Of a stretch of 64,000 nt of DNA, positions 15,441-30,984 are shown one piece after another. Within the stretch, counting starts at the first letter, position 1. Every line of letters begins with the position of its first letter. The position numbers were made by a program, and so were the translations under genes. Source of the stretch: the human T2T-CHM13v2.0 reference genome, Homo sapiens; NCBI RefSeq assembly GCF_009914755.1, contig NC_060926.1. One strand, 5' to 3'. The notes under the pieces were generated by a model that worked only from the letters and a program-made list of their open reading frames with translations, made no database searches and was not told the DNA's origin.

Positions 15441-16261
15441 AAAAAAAAAGAAAAGAAAAAGAACAGTATCTCCTACACTCAGTCAAAATAGAGTAAGAAG
15501 AATTGTAGTTCCCCTTCCTACTTTAAAGAACTAGTAAAATAAAACAAAATACATAAAAGATGGGTTTTTCAGATATTAGAAAATGAGCAGCGCATACTTC
15601 TGCTCTCAGAGAGAAGAGAAACAAACAGAAACAAACATAGCCTTCCCATGAGGTAAGTTTCAGACACAACTATAGGGAGGTGAAATTCAAACACAGCCCA
15701 TTAGTCTTACTGAGTTGAAGAGACCAGAAATCATAGTTTGGGGAGGCTAAGGTGTCTGGAATTTGCATGGCAGAATACTGAAGACAAGAGAGTTGCACAG
15801 ACAGAGAGGAAGAGGGACAGGGAATGAGAGAGCGAGAGAGAGAGAGAGTTTCCCACAGGTCTTTTGCAGACTGTTGACCTGTACATGTATGAGGAGGGAC
15901 TAAGTGTGAGGCCAGGGAAGGAGTCACTAGAAATTGTAAATAAGACTATCTCCAAAGCTTTGACAGAGCTAGGAATAGTTTGTGTATCTAACTGAAGGAT
16001 GGAAATATCTCAAAATACACAGACTATTGGGTAGACTCCTCAATAGACTATTGCTCTAGTAATAGGGTTAAATTAACCTGAGACTAAAGAGTGCTTTGGA
16101 TATGCCTTATTAAAATTTTGAGGCAAGCCTCAAAATAACCCAACAGATTTCAATTAACTGCACACAAGGAGAAAACCCAACATTATCTAAAAGAAGTCAA
16201 CAGAATGAAGCAACTAACAATGTAAAATGCACAATGTTTGGAACTAACAAAAATTTACCTA

Positions 16262-16750
16262 GTATGTATTTACCCAAGAGAAATTTAAACATATGCCCAC
16301 ACAAATCATGTACTCAAATAATCAATGAGCTTTAGTCATGATAGCACAAAAATGGGGGATAAAAAGACCCAAACATCCATTGACATAGTAAATGGATAAA
16401 CAGAAGGTGGTATATCCATACAATGGACTAGTACTCCGCAATGAAAAGAAACACAGTATTGATATAAGCAACAACAGTGGACAAATCTCAAAAACATTGT
16501 GATAAATGAAGTAGCCAGACATAAAAGTCTACACACTGTATGATTTCATTTATGTGAAATTCCAGGAGAAGCAAAACCATAGTAATAAAGGTCATGACAG
16601 TGATTTCCAGGGCTTGAGGGTTGAGAAATGGGTTGAATACAGAGGATACTAGAAAACTTTTGGGGGTAAAGAAAAGGTTATCACAATTGAGTTGATAGAT
16701 AACATTGCTGTACACATTTTTCAAAACTTGTCAAAATGTGCACTTAAAAA
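16262..16750 (+). mobile_element. L1MB/L1ME-type 3' end nested in the older L1M
   Basis: TATTTACCCAAGAGAAAT...AATGGATAAAC...GTGGTATATCCATACAATGG...TGTGCACTTAAAA. Confidence 0.75.
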
Positions 16751-16775
16751 CTTACCAGGTATACAAAGAAGCAGA

Positions 16776-17435
<660 letters not shown>

Positions 17436-20400
17436 TACACACACACACACACACACGCACACAGATACATACGTATAATATATATTTAAGGAAGTAGAGA
17501 AAAATATGACCATGATGCAGAAAGAAATGGAAGATATAAATAATATAAACAAGATGCAAATAAAACTTCTATAGATGAATGTTAAAATATTTACAATGAT
17601 AACTACACTGGATAGAATGTACAGCAAATTAGACACTGCAGAAGAAAAGAGCAGTGAACTCGAGTCCATCTTTAACTATTCAAAATAAAGAAATGGGAGC
17701 AAAAAGGAATAAAAATAATGAACAGGGTTCCAGTGATAGGTAGAAAACTATTGAGTGGCCTAAATGTGATTGAAGTCCTGGAAAGAGAGAAAATGTATAT
17801 ACAGAAAAAAATTAAAAGACATAGTGACTAAAAATTTTCAACTATGATGAAATCTATAAACCCATAGAGACAGAAGCTAGCAAATATTTGTATTCCATTC
17901 AGAATAAATATAAAGAAAACTACGTCAATGTACCTCCTAATAAAATTTCTATAACCAGTGACAAAGAGGACATCCTGAAAATAGCCAGAAATAAAAGATA
18001 CAGTATGTACAGAGAAGAAGAACAACAAAAAGAATGGTAGCAGACTTCTCATAAAAAACAAGGAAGTCAGAAGACAATATAAGACATGATGAGGTACAAG
18101 AAGGAACTGTCAATCTAGAATTGTTTACCCCGTAAAAATATCTTTCACAATTGAATAAAAAACAGAGTTTAAACAGTTTTGCCAGCAGATCTGCACTATA
18201 AGAAATGTTAAAGGAAGTTCTTCATGAAAAAGTAAAAGGACACTAGACAGAAATTTTGATCTACACAAAGAAATAAAGAGCTCTAGAAATGGTAAATATG
18301 TCAGTAAATCTAAAAGTTATTTTCCCAAAATTTGAAACTCTTTAAAAGCAAATACTCTTTAAAAGATAATATATGACTGTTTAAAGCAAAATGGATAACC
18401 ATGTATTAAGGGCTTGTAGCTATGTACAGAAAAAAAGGTATGAAAACATTAACACAAATGAAAGGAAAGCAGAAGTGAGAATACATTGTGTAAAATTCTT
18501 ACACTCTACTTGAAGTATAATATTACTTGAAGGTAGAAGTTGATGAGTTAAAGGTATATAACAGCTAGAACAACCCATGAAACCAAAAACAGAAGTACAG
18601 ATAATTAACCAATACTACAGATAACATAAAATTATTTAAAAGGTCAATTAATTTAAAAGAATTCAGGAAAAGATAAAACAGCAGAATTGGTGGGACAAAT
18701 AGAAAAAGAATAATAAGATGATATATTTTGATGCAATATATCAATATCTACATTAAATATAAACCATCTAGATACATTAGCTAATAGGCTGTGATTGTCA
18801 GTTTGTATGAAAAGACAAGAACCAACTACACACTGCTACAAAAATGTACTTTAAATACAAATGCAAAGGTTGAAAGTAAATAAATAGAAAAAGTCATACC
18901 TACTGAAAACTAAACATAAGCAAGCTATCGTGGCTAAACTAGTATCAGATAGATTAGACTTTAAAAGAGAAAAAGAGGGATATTTCATATTGATTAAAAG
19001 ATTAGCTTATAAAGATGTTTAAAAACCTAAATGTGATTGTATGTAATAACATTAAAACACATAAAAACCAAAAGAATTGAAAAGAAATATACAAATCCAC
19101 AATTACATTTGGAGATTTAAACATTTCTTTCTCAGTTACTGATAAAACAGGTAGACAGAATATCAGTAGACATTCAGGAGATGTGAACAGCTTTATCAAC
19201 CAATTTGACCTAATTGATATCTACAGAATAATTCATCCAGCAACAGCAGATTATAGATTCTCCTCAAGTGCACCTGGAATGTTCACTAAAGTAGACCATA
19301 TTTTGGGTCATAAAACAAGTCTCAATAAGTTTAAGAGAAATGAAATTACACAAAATACATTTTGTGACCACAACCTGGATTGTGTAAAAATATGTGGAAA
19401 ACCCCCAAATGTTTGAAAATTATGCAACATCATTCTAAATAGTCCATGTGCCAAAAAAGAAATAAATTAGAAACTATTTTTAATGAATAAAAATGAAGAC
19501 ATCATATCCAAATGCGTGGGATGGAGTTAAAGCAGAAAGAAATTGACAGCATTAAATGCTTATATTAGAAAAGAATGAAGATCTCAAATCAGACATCCAA
19601 TTATTGATCTTAGGAATCTAGACAAATAAAAGCAAATTAAAACTAAAGCAAGTAGAAGGAAGAAAAATGAAAAGATAAACAGAAATCAGTGATATTTTTA
19701 AAATTTGAAAACCAATAAACAATCAATAAAATCAATACAACAACAAAATTATTTTTGAAAATGTTAATAATATTGATCAATCTTTAGCCTGACTTACCAA
19801 GAAAGAGATAACACAAACCAACCAATATCAGGAATGAAAGATAGGACATTATTATAGATATCACATTATTATAGACATTAAAAGGATAAAAAGGAAATAT
19901 TATGAGCAACTATGCCTATAAATTGATGTCTTAGATGAAGTAGAAAAAAGTCTTTGAAAGATACAAACTTCCAAAACTCACTCAAGAAGAGAGATATCCT
20001 AATATTCCTATATCTATTACAAGGGAATTGAAGCCACAATTAAAAGCCTTCTGAGAAAGAAAAAAGCCCAAATGGCTTCTCTGAATTCTACCAACATTGA
20101 AGGAATAAATAGTACCATATTCTACAAAGATTTTCAGAGACAGAAGTGGAGAAAATGCTTTCCAAGTCATTTCATAGGACCAAAATTACTCAAGTAGTAA
20201 GTCAGACAGAGAAAAGAAATCTATAGACCAATATGCCTCAGGGACATAGTGGCAAAATTATTAATAAACTAACAAATTATATTCAGGAATATGTAAAGGA
20301 GGATAAAACATGGTGACTAATTTGCAAGACTGGTTCCATATTTGACAATCAATCAATTAATGTAATTCACCCTATCAACAAACTATTGAATTTTAAAAAA

Positions 20401-21369
20401 ATTATCATCACAAGCAATACAGAAAAAGCATTTAACAGCATTCAATGTCTATTCATGATAAGATCTCTCAGCAAAATACACACAGAAGGAAACTTCTTAA
20501 GCATGATAAAGAACACCTACTGCAAAAAGAAATCTACAGCTAGCATCATGCTTTATGGCAAAAAAATTGATAGCTTGCTCCCTCAGGTTGGGAACAAGAC
20601 ACCTATTTCCTTGTCATAACTTTATTTATGTGTATAATAGAGGTTCTAGTTAGTGCAATAAGGAAAGAAAATTAATTGGAAGGTACACAGGTTGGAGACG
20701 AAGAAGTGAAATTATCTTTATCAGTAAACGACATGGTAATCAATGTAGAAAATTCTAAAGAATCTATAAAAATGCTCTAGAACTAATAAGTAAGTGTACA
20801 AAGGTCACAGGATACAAAATCAATGTACAATAAATCAATTAGTGTTTTTTATACACTCACAATGAAAAATCAGAAATTGAAATTGATAAAACAGAACCAT
20901 TTAAGGTTAAAATATTATAAATTAACATTTATAACAGTTGCTCTGATTACTACTTATATATGCACATCTGGGTCCACATTTATAATTATTTCCTTAAATT
21001 AGATTTACAAAAAATATCAGTGTATTAAAGTAACAAATTTTTTAAAATAACTTATTTTCCCCTTTAACAAATGTAACATTGCTTTATTCTGTGCAAAACT
21101 TAAAAAACTTTAGCTGTGCAACAAGAAAATAGCAATGGGAAATATCTATTAATAAAATTTTATTGTATAAATACTTGAAATTTATTTAATTGTAAGAATA
21201 ACATTTTCCAGAGTTCAAAAAATAGGGATGTATTTTACAATTGATTCTTCCCTTGAATGTGTACTTTTCTCCACTTCCTCCAAAGTAAGTGGATGCTGAT
21301 CTTAACGATGGGTACAGCCTAACCACGGAAAGATAATTTTATCTGTAATTCAAATAACAGTGAGTTAGA

Positions 21370-22450
21370 TGACATCACTGTAGTCTGAGCAAAAGATGAA
21401 CTGCATTAGTTAAACTGCAATTAATGATGTGGATGAGGTGCCCAACTGGTCAAATCCAGCATCTATTTTGAAGGTAGAGTTGACACGACTCACTGTTAGA
21501 TGGATGTGGGGTGTGTGGAAAAGATGACTCGCTGGTTTTGGTGCAGAGAAACTAAAGGTGTAATGAAAGTAGTTACTAAGATGGCAAAGACTGGGAGAAG
21601 GGCATCTTAGAGTAGAACATCTAGTGTTCTTTTTGGACAAGTTATGTTCGAGGCCCAGATGAAGCCGTTGAACTCAGGAGAGCTCTCTGGGGCTTGAGAG
21701 AGAAAGGCTTGTGTTAGAGATGTAAACTTGTAAATTATCAGTGTAGAGATGGTATTCAAACCTATGACTAGTGAGTAGATGAGCTCACTCAGGGAGTGAC
21801 ATGGCCAAGAGGACCAAGGAGTAAACTCTGATACTCTCCAAATTTTAGAGTATATAAAATGAAGAACAGAGAAATTAAGAAGTTGTAGTCAGTACGATAA
21901 AAGGAAAAGAAGGAGGTATAGTATATTGGAAGTCAATTGCAAAAATGTTTCAAGAAGAAGGGAGTGGCCTACTGCTTTGTATTCTAAAATGCTTTTGGAA
22001 GTGGAGTAACAGGAGGAATAAGTCCTGACCACTGGATTTGGCAAGAACCATTTCAGTGGGATGTTCATGACAGCAGCCTAGTATAGACGACTGCTGGGGT
22101 GTTTTGCGCTAAAGAGAATCAGATAATTAGGGTGGTAGATTGAGGGAGATGTGGGGAGATTCATTTTAAGTTGGGATATAACATAGAATATTTGTGAGCT
22201 AATCAGAATAATCTGGTAAAAAGAGAGAAATGTATGATGTAGGAGAGAAGGGGATAATTTCAACATTGATAACTGTGAAAGGCTGAGGAGGAATGAGATT
22301 CCATATCCAAAGAGAGCTTGACAAAAGACAGGAGGGGGCCACTTCTTGCATTGCGGTGGAAGAGAAGCAGAGAATTTGGGAGTATCAATGCAGATAAATG
22401 GTGGATTTGATGTTAGTTCTTTCAGGGAATTCTTTTCTGATTACTTTTAT
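21370..22450 (-). mobile_element. L2 fragments
   Basis: TATTTTGAAGGTAGAG...GGATGTGGGGTGTG...CCACTGGATTTGGCAA antisense L2 motifs. Confidence 0.7.
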
Positions 22451-22460
22451 TTTTCATTAG

Positions 22461-22909
22461 TGTATTAGGGTTCTCCAGAGAAGCAAAACCAATAGAAGAT
22501 ATATGTGTAGATATAAATAAAAAGAGATTTATTATGGAGATTGGCACACATGATTATGGAGGCTGAGAAGCGACATCTCTAAGCTGCAGAACCAGGAAAG
22601 CCAGTGGGTATGATTCAGTCTGAGGCTGAAGGCCCACGAACCAGGAGCTCCAATGTCCTAGGGCGGGAAAAAATGGATATCCCTGCTTAAAAAGAAAGAG
22701 AGAGAATTCCTCCTCTCTCTTCTTTTTCGTTCTATTTGAGACCTCAAGGAACTGGACGATGCCTGTCCATGTTGCGGAGGGCCAAGCACTGATTCAAATG
22801 CTAATCTCTTCTGGAAACACCTTCATGGACATGCCCAGAATTAATGTTTTACCAGCTATCTGGACATCTCGTAGCCTAGTCAACTTGATATGTAAAATTA
22901 ACCATCACA
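22461..22909 (-). mobile_element. MLT2B (ERVL) solo LTR
   Basis: Starts TGTATTAGGGTTCTCCAGAG and ends AAAATTAACCATCACA, with TG...CA termini. Confidence 0.88.
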
Positions 22910-23309
22910 TTCGGAGAAAGAAGAAATAAGTTTATCAGATGGGAGGAGGGAGAGAGAAAAAGTGTTAGACATTTGAGAACAGACCAAAAAAGCATGAAAT
23001 AGTCACGTATGAAATACCTACACATCATATGCACATCAAATATGTATACTCCAAAAGTGTAAATATACATACATTTGTCAGAATTTAATCATATAGTACA
23101 ACTATATGTTTGATAAAGTTTTTTTATCTTAACAAGTTTTATGCATCTTTTTATAGAGTATAAATACTTAAAAGCCATTTGGTACACATTGTCAAATTGC
23201 CTTCCAGAAGGTTGTTCAAATTTACTCTCTCATCAGCAGTACATGAAAATATAAATCCCGTTGCATATTCAATTCACTAACACGGACTTTTAAGATGATA
23301 TTTCACATT

Positions 23310-23955
23310 AAAATGGTAATATGGGAATATTATGAACAATTTTATGCCAATAAATTCCAGAACTTAGATGAAATAGACAAATTCCTTGAAAAGAAAGACA
23401 CAATGTATCAAAACTTACACAGAAGAAAGTAAAAATTCTGAATTTCCCTAAGTCTATTTAATAAATTGAAATTGTTACTAAAAATTCTACCTCAAAGAAA
23501 ACTCAGTTTAGATGGCTCCACTGAATTCTGTCAACCTTTTAAGGAAGAAATAATACCAAAGTTACACAAACTCTTTTTGAAAGTAGACTAGAAATGGACA
23601 ATGAAGGAATACTTCTCAATTTCTCTGATGCCAAAACCTAATGAAGACATTACAGTAAAAGAAAATCACAGACCAATATTGTTCATGATCATGAACAAAA
23701 AGATCCTTAACAAAGCATTCATAAATTGAATTCAACAATATACGAAAAAAGTCTAATACATTATGACCAACTGTACTTTATCCCAAGAATGCAAGGTTGT
23801 TTTAACATTCAAAAGTTAATTAATGTAATTAATAATATTAGCAAACTAAAGAAGAAAATAGTTATTATCACAATAAAGGCGGACAAGAAAACATTTGACA
23901 ACATTAAACAACCATTCATAATAGACACTCAGCAAACTAGAAAAGAACTTCCTAA
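23310..23955 (+). mobile_element. L1M ORF2 internal fragment, within an antisense L1ME remnant
   Basis: Peptide IHYDQLYFIPRMQGCFNIQKLINVI (23726-23971) is homologous to the ORF2 Z/RT region. Confidence 0.8.
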
Positions 23956-24139
23956 AATGTTGTCTCATTAAAATTTTCATTTTTATTTGAAATACTGAGG
24001 TTATACAATCCCTTTATATGTTCATTAGCTTTTCTATTTTCTCTTCTATGAGTAAGCTATTCAGGGCCTATAAGGGATATGGTGTTTATCTTATCAATTT
24101 ATATCATCTAGTAATATGTCATAAAGACTGCTAATGTTC

Positions 24140-24595
24140 ACCATCTTGTTCTACTTTCTCATAGTTAAGCTATATGGTGGGAAGGGGGCACATAGTTAAG
24201 CTACTTTTTCCAGCCCCCTTCCCACCATCTTTGTATCAAGATGAGACCATGTACCTGAGTTTTGGTCAAAGAAAGATGAGCAAAAATATGTATGCCACTT
24301 ATAAGCCTGCCCCATGCAATACAGGTATTCTATGTAAAACTTCATGAAATCACTCTCTATCTGCCTCTGTCTCTTGTTTGGTATAAGTCAAATATTCTGA
24401 GGACATAGATAAAGATACATATAAATAGTTTAGATCTCTGAGTTACTACTTGTAGGAGAGACATCCAGAAGACATGCACAACCAGGAGCCATCTACAGTG
24501 GGCTTTGGTACAAATGAGAAATAAACTTTTGCATGAAGGCATTAGGATTTAGAGATGTTTGTCACAGCTGTTAGCATTACATATAAACTGCCTTG
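24140..24595 (+). mobile_element. MLT1 (MLT1J-like) MaLR LTR
   Basis: CCATGTACCTGAGTTTTGGTCAA...GCCACTT; 3' end AAATAAACTTT...GATGTTTGTCACAGC. Confidence 0.65.
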
Positions 24596-24689
24596 CACAG
24601 CACTGACCTGTCATACATATCTTTCTCTCCTAAATATTATCTTATGTGAATAAAAAGATATGTAAATGTTTTTCTCTTTCTTTTAAAAA

Positions 24690-25765
24690 ATGTTGTCTAC
24701 ATTCCAGGCACTATTCCAGGCACTGAGGTTATAGCAGTGGAGAACTGAGAAAAGAATCTCTATCTTCACTGTGTTTACTTTTTAGCAGGAAGACATTGAC
24801 AGTAAATCATTAAGTAAAGTTATAATTTCACGTAAAGTAAGTGCTATGGAGAAAAAGAAAGCAGAGAAACGAATAGGGGATATCATGGTGAGTGTTCAAA
24901 TTTCAAATAAGGTGGTCTGTGAAAGGCTCATTGAGAAGGTGTCATTTAAACAAAGACTTAAGGGAGATGAGTGAGTTAGCCACGCAGATATCTGGAGGAA
25001 GAATCATTCATGCATAGGACAAAATAAATAGAAAAAAATTCCCAAGGTAGAGCATGCCTAACATGTTTTTAAAAACACATTCAGAAGTCCAATGTAGCTA
25101 GAGCAGAATGAGCAGGGCAGAGGTGACTATGAGATGGTGTCAAAGAGGTAAGGTGTGGGTGGGAGATCAGTAAGGTCTTCTGGCTATTGTGAGGATCTGG
25201 GCTTTCCCTCTGAAAGACATAGAAGCCACTGTTGAAGGTCTGGCATGACAGACTCTGGCTAATGTGATAATCATGGGCAGTAGGTGTCAAGAGCAAAGTT
25301 GAGGAGGTCACTTAGAGACCATGACAATCATTGAGATGAGAGATGATGGGGGCTTGAATCAGGGGAGTTGCAGTGTAAGTGGTAAGAAGTGGCCAGATTT
25401 TGGATATATTTTGAAGGTAATAGCCAACAGGATTTCCTTCTCAGAGGTGGGATGAGAAAAAGAGAGGACTGAGTGACTGAAAGAATGGAATTGCTACCTT
25501 TTTGAGATAGGGAAGGCATGCTTATATGGGGAAATCAGGAGTTTCATGAAAGTCTGTTTCTTAAACTTTCAAGAGGAGATGTCAAGTAGGCAGTTGAATC
25601 TGATATATGCATCTGGAGTTCAGGGGAGAGGTCTGGGCTGGAGATGTAACATTTCCAAGTATCCAGCATTTTCTGGTATTTAAAGTCATATTTCAGAAAG
25701 AGATCACCAGGGAGTTAGCAGAGATAGAGAACAAGATGAAGGACTGAGTCTCCTTGGGCTTACAG
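24690..25765 (-). mobile_element. L2a
   Basis: CCAGGCACTATTC..., GGATATATTTTGAAGGTA and GGAGTTCAGGGGAGAGGTCTGGGCTGGAGAT. Confidence 0.85.
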
Positions 25766-26197
25766 TGAATGGGATACTGTTCAGATGTTAATTTTGTCCC
25801 ATGTTCTGAGTGCTCTACTATGCTCTTAGTCAATGGAATCTCGTGTGGTGGATTATATCTTATACTCTGGGCACCATACTGCAAACTCCCTCAGCTAACT
25901 CCTGCTCTAAGTTCTCACCAAATCCAGGGTATTTTGCAGAGGTGTGGCTTTATCTGCTGTATTCTGTCTGCCATTTATTGTATTTTGCACACCTTTTGAT
26001 CTTTTGTGGCTGATAAAGGCACGCAGATACTGACACTGGGCCCACAACAAAGAAACAAAGGCAGGTTGTCATTCTGGGCATTAAATGCAAATTTTGAAGT
26101 CACTGTAAGTGCCTTCACTGATTGAGGAAATGAAGATAAAGGTTAGCAGAGGAAACTAGAGTCCCTTTGATATTATGAATATCAAATATTGCTATAA

Positions 26198-26544
<347 letters not shown>

Positions 26545-26957
26545 TGGCCTGCTGTTTCTTGAAGGAGTCCTTGACCCTCTCATCCTTAAAGATACAGGCA
26601 GAAGACAGACATTCCACCAACACCCCAGGAGGTAATTCCTACCCAGGGACCAAAGCTTTGTCTTATAGGATACCCCTCCTCAACTATTGCTTCTGCTGAA
26701 AATTGATCCATTAACCCTGACTTCATTACCCCCAAATCCAATAAAACAATTACCCCCCGAAAAATAACAATGATGAAATAAAGCGGGTGTGAATACATAA
26801 GCACTTCTATAAGCAACCCAAAGCAAAACCTTTAAATAATCCCTTATACATATATGCAAAAACTAGATTTTTATGAACATTTCTTCTCTAGATATACTTT
26901 TTAAAGAAAGTGATACATATACTTTAAGGCCAGAATAAATAGAAAAATACTGCCTCA

Positions 26958-27005
26958 CCGCTGCACTCCAACTTGGGTGACAGAGCGAGACTCCGTCTCA
27001 AATAA
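26958..27005 (+). mobile_element. Severely 5'-truncated Alu (~45 bp) with TSD
   Basis: CTGCACTCCAACTTGGGTGACAGAGCGAGACTCCGTCTCAAA flanked by AGAAAAATACTGCCTCA and AGAAAAATACTATCTCA. Confidence 0.85.
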
Positions 27006-27276
27006 AGAAAAATACTATCTCAATGTCTTCAGTGAGAAACAAAAACCTTTATGGTCTTAACATTTTATTCATAAGGAGATGTTTATAGTTGTTTGATCTG
27101 CTGACTCAAGGTTCATATTTGAAACTAATTTATGATAATTTCTCAGATTTCTATAGACCTTTGAGAACTAAGGCTGACGATGCAAAGACTACCTATAAGC
27201 AGAAGGGCCGAAAAAAACTAATCCTCTCCTACATTTTCTGGACCAACTCTGAAGTAGACATTAAAAGAGGCCTTTG

Positions 27277-27622
<346 letters not shown>

Positions 27623-30600
27623 TCAGTTTCAACAGGTCATCAAATACTATATGAGTCAATTACATAAACACTGGAATTTCCCAACATCTGATTCCAATAG
27701 CAAGAGAGCAGCCCAGGTTCACAATGGAGATTTCTCAATAGGCAATGCCATTTTCCAGGTAATTAAAACTGTTTGTATAGGAGAGTAGATTTATCTTCTG
27801 AAACCATTTTAGCACTAGTGCTCTCCTGAGTGGTATCAGTTGACACACTGCATAATCTAGAACAGACTAATTGCCGCATGATTTCTAATTTTTCTGCAGC
27901 CATGTAAATGAGCTGAAGTCTGCACAGGTGGAGCCCATTAGAGTGAATGATTTCCCTCTCATGTTGTTATCTTCATTTGCCGTTGTCTTATCAACTCCAA
28001 GTAGGAAATCCGCTGTCATGAAAAGCAGGTGAGGGAACAATGTCTGGCTGAAAAGTCTTGTTTCATTATTTTTTAATTCGTACAGTCCTACCTGCTTAAT
28101 GCAGTTTTCTGATTAGCATGCTAGGCATACAGTAATGCAGTTTTATTCAAATAAGGAGGAAGGGCTTTAATTTAAACTAAGAAATCATCTCCATTTCTTA
28201 TCAGGGAACAAGGATTCGTGATTCAATAATACATGAATTTAATAATGCATAATGGTAGACTTCACAGGTACTAAATAGCAATACCAGAGTGGGTTAGTAT
28301 GCTCCATGGGTTGCCATCTGAAACTCCCAATCTGGTTTATCCACATCCCCTCCCTTCATCTCTTTCTTTATTTCCTTTCAGCAAAAGAGTTGTGCTGTTT
28401 GCCTTATTCCTCTGACGCTGCCAAGAGCCCAACTCACAGGCTGCATCTTCACTTTACGACCGTGTTTAATAGCTGTTAAGCTGCTGGACTTTAGCCTTTG
28501 CAAGAATTCCCAAATTGGACCCAAGGGAGATTTGAAAGGATTGGGAGGGAGAGAATGGGGAAAGAAAAGTACGGAACTTCATTCCCTACTACTAATTGCT
28601 TTTTCCACTGAGGTATCTATCCATGGCCTCATTTTAGTGAGGGAAAACAGTGTATAACGTATTTGCAATATCCAGGGCCATATAATCTCTTTATAACTCT
28701 ATTTGGGTTTCACAGCTCCCAGATACCTAAGCCTGGCATTCCAATGATAGCTGGAGTCAGCATTCCTTCATTTTATGGTTTGCATGGTTCCCTTTGCCCT
28801 GGGTTGCCCAGTGAATGGCTTGCCATTCTGCCTGATGTTGAAATTCAAATGTGCAAAGAATTACAGGGGACCCAACTGAATGACCTGAGTGGCTTGACCA
28901 ACAGCAAAGCCAAGGGAATCAGACATACCTTGCTTTTCATCATCCCTTTATTTGTTTTTCATTTTATTCAATTTGGAAAATTAGATAAAGCTGGCCCACT
29001 TCGTTTTCTACTTCTTTCATCTGAACACAATGAGTTAAGATTTTTTTAAAAAAGAATTTGGAGAATTTTATTTAGGGGAAAATTAAAATGCACATGTGGA
29101 ATCTTGTTGGCACAAGTACATGAGCACAAAATGTGCTAAGTTTCCAAGAATAATTAAGCTTTTAGAGTTTTTTCATATGCTACAAAATGTTTCTCAATAA
29201 GCACAAATGTGTGCTATTGGATGGCCTAAAGAAAACTACTTAACTGGCTTCAGTGAGTTTGCAAAATCAAATGTGTAATGTTGGTATTGATACTATGGGT
29301 TAATTTCATTCTTCTTGCTCAGATAAGTAAGTACTGATACCACAAAACCTCCTTGCAGCCAAGATAGTAGCTGAGATCTCATTTGCACACCTCACAGAAT
29401 TATTTATTTAAAAAACCCCAAACAACTGAGAACTATTTTGTGTCAGTCATTGCAGAAAACACTGGGTATTAAAAAGATAAATAAAACACAGGTCTACCCT
29501 CAGGAGGCTCACAGTTTGTCAGGACAAATGAAAATATACACAAATATTATATAATAATATAGAAGATTGAGATTTGTATGTAGGCGATGTTGCAAGAGCA
29601 AAGAGTAATACTCAAAGAACTAGACACTGAGTAGTTCCTAAAATGATATGAAATTGTAATTTCAAGGATCTCTTCTCTAAGTCATTATTGGATTGGTGGT
29701 GCTATATTTGAGTTAATAATTTTTACTTTCTAGTCAGTTGTGCCGGCAGCAATTGACATATTTATATGGCCCCTTTGGCCAAAATAGCTGTATAAACTGG
29801 GCAAAGAAAGGCTTAGTAAACATAATTTTCAATGTTTTAAAAATCTAATTCATTCTTCGTTAGAGTTTATGGGTTTGCAAATATATGCGTGAAAGGAGAT
29901 TATTCCATGTTTATTTTTATGTCTTTATAATCTATATCCCACAAGCAGCCTTAAGGTGAATTATAATAAACATACACACATGCAAAAGAACTCAAGCACT
30001 AGGGTAGTAAAATAGAAATTTTAAAAAAAGGAACCCATCAGAGAATGGGATATTATACCAGGATTAAGTTATGAGATAATTATGATAACTAACCTTGAAT
30101 CAGCTTCCTAAAAGTTGAACATATTTCTATGTAAATATTTGAGGAAATGCAATTTAAAGTACAGTTCTTTTCACTGGTCTTTGGCCTATTCCTCCTGTCT
30201 GGGTGAGGTGGGAGGGAAGGGGGCAGTAGGAGAGAACACCTATAAATCAACTCTAATCTCTAATGGCATTTTCCAGCAGAGGCTTGGAGAAGGTCATACA
30301 ATAGATTTTTTACCCTCAACAGAATTTTGCTCCCTATATTACCCCCACTTAAGAAGATTGTATCTTGGGAATTTTTTCAAGGGAGTCCGAAAGGATGTTA
30401 AATTCGTTATCCTGCACCATGCTTGGAGCACTAGATTTCTTTGCTACAGAAACTTGCTTCACAGGTGGTTGCTAAAGTTATAGTATTTTTCTTTATATTT
30501 AAAGTTAATCCAGTTCAGTGTCAATAGCAAATCCTCTTAAAACATGTACATAGAAGGCCAAGCCAGTATTTTGACATTCCTGGCTGGGAACTATGCCATT

Positions 30601-30984
30601 AACACCTTCAATTAATCTCCATGCAAGGTCATTTGGCGGCTCACATTCAAGACCATATGTTAAGAGGTTATTAGTTTTCCTGCAAAGGGGATGTTTGGCC
30701 AGTTACAACTAGAAACAGATGCCCACCAATAGGATCAGAAGGGAATAGTTGCCTTAGTTACAACACCTCACACCTCACTTGTTACTGGGATAGGGCAGGA
30801 AGCTCCCTAACTAATAATCAAACTGGGAATTCAACAATTTTAAGGCTTATGAAATTTATTATGATCAATTATCAACAAAAGAAAAGAGAGAAAAAATAAA
30901 GTTCCATAGAGGTAACTGATCTGGTTGTAAATTCATGTCTCAGGAAATGGCCTAATATATTCATCAGAAAAAAAAAGCAGTGAA

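Noticed and set aside
18330-24725. Short tandem duplications at ~18337, ~19847 and ~24701
   Set aside because: Ordinary 12-17-bp slippage events inside decayed LINEs; no array or repeat-spacer structure.
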